Positions 12,940 to 24,709 of a stretch of DNA of 64,000 nt are shown here, one piece after another. Source of the DNA: Trichinella spiralis (taxonomy: Eukaryota); contig NW_003526941.1 of NCBI RefSeq assembly GCF_000181795.1, positions 8,544,140-8,608,139 of the forward strand, given 5' to 3'. The translations under genes were made by a program, and so were the position numbers. The first letter of the stretch is position 1, and the number at the start of each line of letters is the position of its first letter. The notes under the pieces are model-generated. The model was not told where the DNA came from, did no database searches, and saw only the letters and a program-made list of their open reading frames with translations.

Positions 12940-15900
12940 TCACATGGCATAATTGGGATATGGTCCCTCTCTTTTCAGTTCTTCACCATAAGTCATCAGC
13001 AGATCCAATATTACACCGTTGGTCCACCCGAAACCTTCTTGAACAGTATATTCGCCTCCGCCGCCGATTCCATAATGGCCCTCTACACGGTACTGGAGGA
13101 ATAGAAATAAATTGAACGATAAAAATGAAGCAGAGCAAATGCAGCAAAATAAGTACCTTTTCGAACATTTTTCCGGCATATTGGAAAAATACAAACCAAA
13201 CACCGTCGATCCAATTTTGTGCAACTTTGAAAGCAATCTGCTGAGCAAAGATGTCACCACTTTTTCGCAGGCCCTCAATGACCATATGATTGTGCGGTGC
13301 CCAACCGTTCGGACGATCCCACTGCTCATCTGACGCATGCATACTGGACGGTATACCATAGGGCATGGATGAGATGCCATTTTCCTGAAAATGAAACGAA
13401 ACGAAACAAACAAATAAATAAATAAACAAATAAATACACTGCTAGTTACCTCGAGATATTTGGCAATTTGCTGTCCAACTTTCTTCTTGTCGTTCAGTAC
13501 ACAGTCAAAGTACAACGGTGCCAAGTTGGAAGGATAAAAAGTAGGGGATTTAGCACCTCGACCATCACGTTCGTCCAAATCGATGTCGTACCACATTTTG
13601 TCAATTGGATCCCAGAACGCATCGTGCAGATCTTCCTTCATCCTTTGGTATTTCTTCTGGTGAACTTCAGCCATCGTCTGATCGCCAAGCACGTTGTACA
13701 GTCGACTGAGCACCGCCTCACTGCCGCACAGAATTGCTTGCAAATCCACAGGCACGATCCGTCTGGTGCGTATTGAGCGGACCGTTTTGTTCAAATCGCC
13801 GTCTCGTCGAAACCAACGCGTGCCGAAGTCGATGCCAGATTCACAGGCGGACACAATATCCGACCAGATCCGTCTTTTGCCCGCTTCTGAAATATTTGTT
13901 AAGAAAAAAATTTATTCTTTTAATAATTGTAAATAAATAAGCAGCAAATCACAAACCAGTGAATTCAAGAGATGCAGAAGCTAGATCTTCAGTATAGGAT
14001 TCGGCTCTTGGTAGATCGGTGTCAACTCGATATTGATGCAATTGCAACGTTTTGCCATTTTCATCCTTATAGACAAAGCCTCGATTTTTGTACCAAAATT
14101 GCAACTCTTTTTCAAGTCTCGGAAGCATGTTCACAAGTACAGCTTTGTCTTTGGTGGCTTGATAATAATCCCAAACGCTCATAGTTAACAAAGGTGGCTG
14201 GGATCGATTTTTGTAATAAATGCGACCACCGTTTGGAACAAATCCAAATCTGAAACAATACATACATATATATATATAAATTATATGGAATGAAATTTTC
14301 ATCACACAAAAAAGAAGAAGAAGAAGAAAATTTCATCAACTGCTCACTCACTGGTCGATGATTGTTGCAAAATTGAGGATCATATTTCTGGCCGTTTCAT
14401 ACATTTCAGAAGCCAGCAAGCCTTTCAAAATCCAGTAAGTGTCCCAGTAGTAGAATTCTCGAAACCGTCCACCGGGTATGATGAACGGGTGGGGCACGGA
14501 AATGAAGGTGAAACGATTTGGTTCCGTTTTCACTTGGTCAGTTACCTGAAAATATTGAAATTTCATCAATTCAACCAGATCTAATAAAACAAAAGTGAAT
14601 AATTGCAAAAGGAAAAAAAAAGAAGCATCATCCCGTTGAGTAGAGGAGAATAACTGCTCGAGTGGAAAATAAATTTCGAAAAAAAACCCTTGATGCTCCA
14701 ACAAAATGAACAATTAATTCTTATTTATTCTTTTAAAGCTCTAAAATGATGCTATGAAAAAAAAAGAATTTAAATATTGAAAAAACCACATATACTTGAA
14801 TGACAACGAAAACTGTTGAATAATTAAACAACTGATGCATACAATTTTTCAATAATTCGAGAAGAAAAAAGCTGCAGCGCGAATTGCATGCAGCATTCTC
14901 ACTATTACTATTATTGATATTATTATTATTATTGTCGTTATTATAGCATTTAACAGCGTGAAATTTTTGATTTATTTACACTAAACTGACCAGATGTCAG
15001 GTTTCTCTTAATAGAACAAGTCAAACTGAATATAAATTTTGAAAAGAACAGGAAATGTGTTTTGATCAATTATTCAAAATGGCACCCCTTTTTTCCTTGA
15101 TACACTACTTTTGAAGAAGAAGCAAGCAAGCGTTTCTATTCGATTTGAAAACAAAGCAGGAAAATAAACGAATAATGATAATTTTTGAAATGAATAAATG
15201 AACAAACAAAAAAAATATGTTTTCTCAGCAAAATACAGTAAGATTGAATTTATGTTTGCCGAAAGCAATGCAGTTGTTGGGTTGAAATTAATAAAAGCTC
15301 CACTGCCAGTTTTTGAAAACAAGTATACACCTCAAGTGAAGGGGAAAAACACTGCGCGAAACGTCATCAATATTATTTCACCAAAGCCCTACTGACCTGG
15401 ACGTGTAAAAATTTTTACCATTGAAAATGAAAATAAATACTAATAATACCAATAGAATTTGTGTAATTGACGACGAAGATCTGATAATTTTTTATCAAAT
15501 ACAATTTTCATTTTCATTACAAATGTCAACTGTCAAAAACTACACAATATTGATGTAAAATGATGATAACAATTATTAGATGAAGAAAAATGAAATAATA
15601 ATAATAATACAAACATGATATGATGACAAAATATAAAACCCTTGTCACCAGCTGCAGATAAAAATTATAAATTGCAAAAGATGATTAAAGTAAAAAAGTT
15701 GAGTGGAAAAAAAAATTAATTTGTTATTGATTTCAATTTTCCCAATGAGAGAAAGGGGGAGGGGATATTGATTTTTGCAACTTATCGTTGATGTTATTTT
15801 TTGTTACCGCGTTGTGTTAACTTTCGACTATCAGAAATCAATAAATCTCAGGAAATTATTTTTTTACATAAAAAAAGAACAATAAAATATGAATGCCAAA

Positions 15901-16556
15901 CAAACAAATGAATAAAAATGAACATGGAAAACAGCAGACGCGACGACACATGTCGTCGAATCAAGGAGAAGAAGTTTTTACCCCGTTGTCGAAAAGTTCC
16001 AAATCAAATGAACGAATGGAGGCGAATTTCAATATATACGAAAAAATTAAGTGATTTATTCAAATATATCTGAAACTCTTACCTCTCGGCAAAGTTTTTT
16101 CCACTTTCCATGTACGAAATAAGCCCAAAGGCGAAAGTGTTCGTCGGCAATTTTCAAAAACGACTTCGGCCTCGGAACCCAGTCGACCGGCTGGCATTCC
16201 TTCAATTCCGAACCAGGAGGGGAGAAATATTTTTTGATAAACATATCCAACGCTTTCGGATCGGTTTTATTTTCCACCGTTTCAAACGCTTGCAAAACCA
16301 CATCCGGATCGTACAACAATGCCATGTCGACAAAATATTTGCTGTCTTGAAACAGGCGAGATTTCTGAATCACGTCCAGCAACGGTCCGTGACAAAAAAT
16401 ATCGCTAAAAATTAACAAGAATAAAAAAAATCTTTTTTTTTCTGAAATGAAATCAACACATTACCAAATATCATTCGTTGGCAATGGATTGGATGCAACA
16501 TATCCAACAAGAACAACAACAACAACACCAACTGTGATGAAATTCATAAATAGCAT
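12940..16556 (-). CDS. TREH: Trehalase (GH37) with predicted signal peptide, multi-exon, copy 1
   Basis: First exon [24 protein letters not shown]. Motifs: [64 protein letters not shown]. Stop at 12940. Confidence 0.95.
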
Positions 16557-16667
16557 TATTGATTTATAAAAATGATAAAAAAGAACAACGTGGAGTGAAA
16601 TAAATTATTATAAAAAAAACGACAACTTCTTCACTGAAAACTGTGCTGATCAAAACTTCCAATGCCA

Positions 16668-16748
16668 CTGTAGCAGTGGTAGCAGCAGCAGTAGTAGTAG
16701 TAGTAGTAGTAGTAATAGCAGTAGTAGTAGCAGTAGCAGTAGCAGTAG
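16668..16748. repeat. Compound (GTA/GCA)n microsatellite upstream of trehalase
   Basis: gtagcagcagcagtagtagtag... tract; length and sequence differ in copy 2 (about 34248-34323). Confidence 0.85.
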
Positions 16749-17970
16749 AATCAATATAAACAACAAATGATGGGCAGCAATAAAAGATGCAGGTTGAAGA
16801 AAATGAAATGCAGTGATTTTGTGCGCCCCAATTTAACAGATTGTTGCAACGACAGAAAGTGACACGAGCACGTCGCACCACTGCTCTCAGACACGTGAGA
16901 ACAAAAGACGCTGCGCCGCCGTTTTCAACCCTCGTGCAAGCATAATAATATATATTCTAGTCGCATATTCGATAACGGAAACGAAATTAGATATTCAATC
17001 CGCCTGCTGGGAAAATTCTGCTCTAAAAAAATTACACACGTCTGCTCGGTAAATTTCACTCACTACGACACAGATAAGCATTAATAATAATTATGAGATT
17101 AACAATTTCATTATATTAGCAGCAAACATGACGACAAGACAGGGTCGTGCAAAACTTGCCTCCAAGGCGCACGATTACCTATTACTATGAAAACTTTAAT
17201 CATACAGATCAACGTCAATTAACCCACCCATTCACCAACATTACACACACCACGCGCTATCAACCTTACTTTTAAACTTTATTACATTGGAATGTAGACT
17301 AGCTTCATCGACACACAACTCTACGTCACACTTATGAATATTATCATCAGGTACTCTTTTGCTGCTGGTGTCTCGTATTTTTCAAGCTTCTATTTCCACT
17401 TCCACCGCTGAAACAACAACAACAAAACAAACAAACATTTGTCAACACCGGAACAACATCAACAAGTCTCCTTTCTAAAACATACCGTTCGTATTGATTC
17501 AATTTCAGATTAACAAGTTCAATTTGTAAAAGGATAACATTACAGTAATATCTTTTTTTTTCTACATCTTTGCAATGAATTTCAATTTCAATATCCAACG
17601 ATGCAGACGTGCGTGATCGAATAAAAAATACAAAGAAGAAGAAGAACAGATAAGCAGAATGCTAAAAGAAAAATAAGCTGAGAAAAATAAAAAGAATTTT
17701 AACGCATAGATAGAACTTGCGTTATTTCGAGCATTGCAAGCGCAAAACGACAAAATAGTTTTATTAACAATTAACAACCAAAACAACAATTGGAATAGTA
17801 ATAATCATTATCAAAAAAAAACAATTTATGGCAGATTTCAACCGCATTTCGAGAGCATTTATCACAAAATTGGTAAAATAAAAATTCAAACATCATCCCC
17901 CAAAAAATGATATTAGCAATAATGAAAATTAGCATATTCAATTCTGGAAAAAAGGTTAACTTGTAATAAT

Positions 17971-17980
17971 NNNNNNNNNN
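17971..17980. other. Assembly gap (10 N) between two overlapping contig ends
   Basis: Run of N. About 17800-17970 is repeated at about 18320-18490. Confidence 0.95.
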
Positions 17981-18472
17981 TTTTTGCACATTTGCATCCA
18001 TGAATTCACTTTTCAAAATGCATTTTCAACAACCGTAACTTGTGTATACTTGTTGTTTGTTGTGTATGCTGGTTGGTTGAATTTCCATGTTGATGAAAAA
18101 ATAATACAATTAATAATTTCGAGTACAATTGTTATTGACAAAGTGATTACGGTTTCCCACGGCCTAAATGTCAATGCAAGAACAATCTACTGACGACATC
18201 CATCCGACGAATTTTAACATGGACATATGACTTGCTGTATTTCAAGCATTGCACGGTTAAAAAGACCACATAGTTGTATAAACTGTTACCATTGCATTCA
18301 ATTTTTGACATATCAAGAATCATTATCAAAAAAAAACAATTTATGGCAGATTTCAACCGCATTTCGAGAGCATTTATCACAAAATTGGTAAAATAAAAAT
18401 TCAAACATCATCCCCCAAAAAAATGATATTAGCAATAATGAAAATTAGCATATTCAATTCTGTGAAAAAAGG

Positions 18473-21208
18473 TTAACTTTGTAATAATTGTTTTTCAATT
18501 TTCATACGTAATTCTTCATCTACCTGAGCAAACAGATCCAACACGGACGTCATAATCGGTGACGAGATTGGTCTTATGTATTGGGCAATACGCGTCGCCA
18601 CTTGATCGCGTTCGTTTTCGTCGAATATCTAAATTGAATTTGAATTTTTCCATTCAAATTTCAAAAATTCAATTCACACACGTGACACACGAAATTCAAT
18701 TCAACAACAACACACCGTTCTCCACAGTATGCCCGGCTGCCAAAAAGGATCCATCGTCTGACATTCATCCGCTGTGAGCAATTTTTTTGAACAAGCGTCG
18801 TCGGTCAGAATTCGTCCATTATCGTCAGTGTCGGTCAATTCAAGTTCCTCCTACAGAACAGCGACCAAGTTGCATGCACATGCATGGAAAAAGTATACGC
18901 AGTATATTTTTATATGTCGTACCGTCGTCGAAGCAGCTTTGCAAACTGGCATGCATCCAATCGTACTGTTGCTACCGGTGAATTCAGTGGAATGATGGAC
19001 AACTTTGTTCAAGACAACTTTCCCAACAGGAACAAGCGGACTGAGCTTATGTGGCCACACCTAGGAACGATAGGAGAACAATTTTCATCGAATTAATCAA
19101 ATTGAAACCAAGAAAAAAAAATCAAAATTCATCTCATCACTTTGGTCGAATCGAAAGCGTCAAATGGTAGATAAGCTACTTCGGCTGCAGTGAATATTTG
19201 AATATCCACTCGCCAGGTCAGAAAGTTGCCTTTGGCAATTTCGTCTACAGCCTGCTGCGAGAGATCGTCTACCGACTGACAACTAACATCATTTGTGATC
19301 AATTGCGATTTTAGGGGATTTTCATTTGGAACTGCCTCAAAAAACATATATATATATATATATATAATTAATTTTTAAGAAAATTAATCAACGCCTCATT
19401 GGTATACTGTAAAATGAAAACGACAAAATGTGGTCCGATTTTCTTTTTCATTTGTCATTCGAAACGACTGCGTACTGTAAGCATTCATGCTGTACAGGCT
19501 GTGTGGTATAGCCCGAGAACTGACAGAGAACATGAACGCGTGCATTGCTTCACTGTGAGACAACAAATATTGGCAACACAATTCTGCATCCTGAATATGT
19601 AAATTAAATTTCAATTAATTTCACTTCATTCATCAATGGAAAAAAGAATGAACAAAGAAAAACGAAGTTGTATTCATTTCATCCGCTCTGTGTAGATTTT
19701 ATCATTAAAAGTTTCACATCAGAGATGAGCAAACAGAAAATGCACAAAATGCACCTTTCCTTTGTACAAATAGACAGTTTGCTATTCAATTTGTAAAGGT
19801 AAAGCATATATTCAGCTGAACAATCAATGCAACTTACATCTGCAGCAAATAGATTGGTAATATGATGAAAAAAATCATGTTGCATTCAGATATGCTTAAT
19901 TTTATCAGTCAGAAAGTTATCGTATAAGAAGAAACAATGCTGTTTACAATTGAATCAGAAACAAAAACATTGAATGTTTACAGTTAGCAAGTAATGGATT
20001 GTTCAAATAAATAATACATGTAGTTATCATTGAAGTCTTCTAATGAGAACAAAATATTCTATTCTATATTAGATATGAAGAAGAAGTTGATTGAATTAAT
20101 ATAACATTATTCAATATAAGCAGCAGATAAATTTTTCATGTAAAAAAAAATTCACTTAAAATCTCATCTATTATACCACTAATTTCTTGTGCAAATATTG
20201 AAAAGTGTAAACAAAAACGTCACACTTGATTCTATAAATGTAAACAACAGTGTATGGCTGTTCAGCCAGTAATAAAACCAAACTTTGAAAATGTACCATT
20301 TTTATAAACTATAGCAGTACTATAAATTTTCCATAAATATGAATAAANNNNNNNNNNNNNNNNNNNNNNNNNNNNNNNNNNNNNNNNNNNNNNNNNNNNN
20401 NNNNNNNNNNNNNNNNNNNNNNNNNNNNNNNNNNNNNNNNNNNNNNNNNNNNNNNNNNNNNNNNNNNNNNNNNNNNNNNNNNNNNNNNNNNNNNNNNNNN
20501 NNNNNNNNNNNNNNNNNNNNNNNNNNNNNNNNNNNNNNNNNNNNNNNNNNNNNNNNNNNNNNNNNNNNNNNNNNNNNNNNNNNNNNNNNNNNNNNNNNNN
20601 NNNNNNNNNNNNNNNNNNNNNNNNNNNNNNNNNNNNNNNNNNNNNNNNNNNNNNNNNNNNNNNNNNNNNNNNNNNNNNNNNNNNNNNNNNNNNNNNNNNN
20701 NNNNNNNNNNNNNNNNNNNNNNNNNNNNNNNNNNNNNNNNNNNNNNNNNNNNNNNNNNNNNNNNNNNNNNNNNNNNNNNNCAGTATCACATAATCAACTC
20801 CACCAAAACAGGCCACTCGTCGGTCGCACTGACTTAAAAAACTCGCATCTGTGTAATACGAGATGTCTGCGGTAGAGCGGAACCAGCCTTCAAAATGTAG
20901 CACAGTCCGGGCATTGTCGGCAGTCATCTTCAATTGTCAGCCGACAAATGCAAATGAGTAGTATAGTAATATGATAGGCACTTGAAAATCCACACATTAC
21001 TGTACAAAATTCACTGCAGGCCTATTCACAGAAATGTAAATGTTCTGTCGCGCGTTGAGAATTTCATCAATTGGCACCGCGAGATCACTGATTATAAAAA
21101 AGAAAGATTATTTATTTCTTTTAACCAAATACATTACAGCGATGCGAACTTTTTTGTACACAGTAACACGAAATGGTTGGTGGGCAATGTGGAAATGTTC
21201 AACAACAT
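18473..21208 (-). CDS. Divergent catalase-like protein, copy 1 (exon 4 and the end of exon 3 fall in an N gap)
   Basis: Same exons as 35530-38217, for example WRVDIQIFT...PFDAFDSTK|VWPHKLSPLVPVGKVVLNK. The gap at 20348-20780 interrupts the model. Confidence 0.75.
20348..20780. other. Assembly gap (433 N); corresponds to 37395-37791 (397 bp) in copy 2
   Basis: Flanks gaataaa and cagtatcac match 37388-37394 and 37792 onward. Confidence 0.95.
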
Positions 21209-21715
21209 AATTCACTGCTATCAATTTGCTAAGAAAACCTATCGTTGCCGTATCCCGAAGCGAAACCAACAATTAGTTATTTACTAGACCAATGGAATAT
21301 AATTCAGTGGGACAGAAAGAAATTGTATTTTTAAAAATAAAAAACTGAACGAAAGAAAACTAACAAAGATTAATGTAAGATTTAAATAAATAAGCCATTA
21401 ATAAATGAACAGATGCTGTTGAGGTGATCAGAAATAATAAGAATATACTAAAAAGAAAAATTGAAAAGTGAAAAATAATAGAAAAACTATCTATCGATTG
21501 AAGAAAAGAAAAGAATAGAAAATCGCTAATTGAAAAGTAAAAAAAAACTAGATATATTATCATACATACAATTAGTAGAACTGACCTATTGGAGTGAAAT
21601 CACATGCTGAATCTAATAATAGGAAATTGAAAAAAAAAAGGTTCGCTTCCTTTTTCAACGGCAGTCAGCGGTGAACATCATCAAGCTAAAAAGACACGAT
21701 GAAACGACAAAAAAG

Positions 21716-23751
21716 CTATAAAGGCTTCATCTCTTGAATTTGTTTTATCAAATAAGCTTTTTCGTCATTAAACTGTTCGTCTTCCGTTCGATCGGAATGG
21801 AATTTGCTCAAAAATTCCACCAGACGATCACGATTTCTTATCAAAATATCAGCAATAGGTTTGGGTTTAGCTGGATTTGCAACAAATACCTGAAGAAGAA
21901 AAAAACAAACCAAACCAAAAAAAATAGCAAATAGCAGAAATTGTTAATATTATTATTGAATTATACTTTGAAAACGTGGAATGCTTCGAATTGGATACTT
22001 CTGCTGCGTTCGATCAGAAGATTCATCATCAATTTCAAATTTTCAGGATTGCTAATGTATCGAGTCATCACGTTGAAATTGTGCCTATCTAAAAGCAACT
22101 CGCCAAGCAGCTGAAAAGAAATCACATATGCACAATTCAACAAAACAACAATAAATGCTCTTTCTTAATACCTTCAACGACTGTCTCCTCGTTACATAAT
22201 TTTCGGAATTGAGCAAATGTTGATAGGCCTCAAAAAATCGATCATAATTCTGTTCAAGAAATTCTGCACACAGAGCTTTGTGTTTCGTGATCAAATCCTA
22301 AAATACGAAATAAACGTTGATGATTTTTTTAATCATAATTTTCTCCAGTGCCATTCCGAAAGTTTATTCAATCATGGTGCATCGAAAAATTAAAAATTAT
22401 ATTATTTACAATAGCATCTATAAACAATTTTGTCATCACATATATTAACACAAATTTCTAAAACTTGACAACATTAATGATGAACAATTTTATTTAGAAA
22501 TGGAAAAAAAAGGAAACTGTTTTTTTTCCAATATTGCATTTAACAAAACAATTATAATAAAACAACAATTAGTTTACCTTGAACGTGCTAAAAGCGTCAG
22601 AAGCTACTTCAAATGTTGACCCTTCGACATAGGTAAAAAATCTGTATGTTTCTTCAAAGGAGAGCAACATGCGCGCCAATGGTTCGTGCCGAATACATTC
22701 CCGAAGCATACTGCCGCAACAGAGTGCAATTTCGGACACTTCATAACTGTAATAAATAAAAAGAAAAAAAATAAATGTTAGCATTCATACATGCAAGTGA
22801 AACAATTCATGAAAAATTAGTATTCGAATTCAAATTTGTCAATTCTAGTTTGCACCATTAGCAGCAAAAGTACAATTATGTAATGAAACGTCAATTTTAA
22901 TTAACAAAGGACAATCTGAAAATTGCATCACCCACACTGAAATAAACATGCACAAAATTTATACAAAATAAAATTATTTTGTTTTCATAAAAGAAAAGAT
23001 TTTTTTCCATCTTCGAAGAAAATAATTGAAAAATAATGAAAAAGCAAATCGTTATTATTCGTTTCGCTTATTTACAATTGTGAACGTAATTTGTAGTATA
23101 GAATAATTACTTCAAAAGTAAAAAAAGAAATAATAAAAATTTTGCATTGAAAATTATGAAATAAAAAAATTTTTTATGAAAAAACTACTTTAAAAAATCA
23201 AAATTATCTGTAAAAACAATAAAAAACAACATTGAACTGAAATGAAATGAATGCACGTCGAAATGGTACAGTAGAAGAGACAATCAAGTTGTTCGAGCAA
23301 CTACTGCACATTCGATGACCGAATTGAGATTGAATTGAAAGCAGCAAATTTTACTATTAGCGAGAGTGAATTTTCCATTTCGGAGTACAATAATGACATT
23401 AATTATGTAAGTGAGTATTTAAAAATCAAACAAAACGAGGAGACATTTCGTCACGCGAATGCGTCACAGGCGCAATTGGTTTCGGCGTTGCTGGTTGGAT
23501 AGAGCGAAACGCCGACTACTACTCATCACACACTCACTGACTTGCATGCACAATGGAAACGCTGTTTGGCGATTGATCAAACACACACACACACACAGAG
23601 AGACAGACACACACAAGCTGTTCAAAACTTACCCTTTAATAAGTGCTACGAGAACTTCCGGCTTGGCACTCAGGTATTCAACCGTCGGGCTTCGGGTGCC
23701 AATCTGCCTTCTGAGCAGATTGTTGAAAATCAATGCAACATCTTTTTTCGA
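21716..23751 (-). CDS. CAB39: CAB39/MO25 partial copy (exons 3-7 only; exons 1-2 lie outside the duplicated block)
   Basis: [80 protein letters not shown]. The contig ends at 23939, inside intron 2. Confidence 0.9.
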
Positions 23752-23939
23752 CTAAAAACAATTCACCATATATCCAAGTGCAAGTGCAAATCAACAAACG
23801 CCTCCCTCGCGTGCGTTGAAAAATACTTATCGCATCAATAATACTTTGCTGATCAATGCTGAACAAATGAAAAACAACGCCCAATCAATGTGCTTACAAA
23901 ATTATTCCACCACAAATGAACAAACTATCATGACCACCA

Positions 23940-23949
23940 NNNNNNNNNN
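23940..23949. other. Assembly gap (10 N) exactly at the junction of the two duplicated copies
   Basis: Run of N. Confidence 1.
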
Positions 23950-24709
23950 TAAGAATTCGCTTTCCTATCTAAATTAGTTTCGCTAAAATAAATTGTTTTT
24001 TTTGAAATCATTTCCAGTAGATGAAAATTTCTACCTGTTCTCTAAGTGTGCAGCAACTCGATTGAAGCGTAACAACAAGAATAAGAAATCAACTTACGAA
24101 TTAGGTATGAGGTGGGACAAGTAAAACGTGAAAGCTTGCTGGAATCATTTGTTGCGTAGTAACACACCGCTCAATGGTCAAACGTGCATATGCTAACTGC
24201 ACTGAATAGAGAGTAATACCCTGAAATATACTGAAAGTAATAATCCCTTGCGGAGAACGTATTCGTTGAAAAATTTGCATGTTTGTTGGTTGCTAGTCGA
24301 AAATAAAACAATGTCTGTTATTGATTATTCAAATGGAGAAAGCAAAGCATGAACGTAGATCATTTATGGAAATTTTCCATGTCTTATTAATATTATTATA
24401 TAATAAATGAACCGTTTGAAATTAGCTCATTGTACTGCAGTACGGTTTACCCATTTACTGAAAATTGAACTTGAAGTATAAAAGCGAGTGTAATTTTTTA
24501 ACACAGAAAACTTTAAACAAACTGTGTAAAAGCAAATCATTGTCGTGTTCGTCGTTACACGATTGATTCTCCAGTTGCTGCAAGTGATCGTTTGCAAACT
24601 TTACAAGAGCCAGAAGCAGAACAACTTCAGTATTTTGAACGTGATGAAAAATATATAGAAAGAAAAAAAACATATATATATATATATATATTGTATTGCT
24701 GCATATTGC

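Larger units (their letters stand above)
6364..23939 (+). repeat. Copy 1 of a ~17 kb tandem near-identical duplication (probable uncollapsed haplotype)
   Basis: taaaaattcgctttcctatc at 6364 aligns with taagaattcgctttcctatc at 23950. The copy ends at tgaccacca (23939), directly before a 10-N gap. Gene order is the same in both copies, and the differences are scattered SNPs and small indels. Confidence 0.97.

Noticed and set aside
8043..14184. Numerous plus-strand ORFs over NAT10 and trehalase (and similar ones over the other genes)
   Set aside because: They are antisense shadows of real exons, with no homology or splice support.
16564..16881. Thr/Ala-rich 105-aa ORF (and its copy at 34142-34456)
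   Set aside because: It is a translation of a trinucleotide microsatellite upstream of trehalase and starts at GTG.
20781..20830. Frameshifts suggesting catalase-like copy 1 is a pseudogene
   Set aside because: The indels sit within 40 nt of a gap where base quality visibly decays; the other copy 1 exons are intact.
21716..23751. N-terminally truncated CAB39 paralogue
   Set aside because: The truncation coincides with a contig end at the 10-N gap and is better explained by the assembly.
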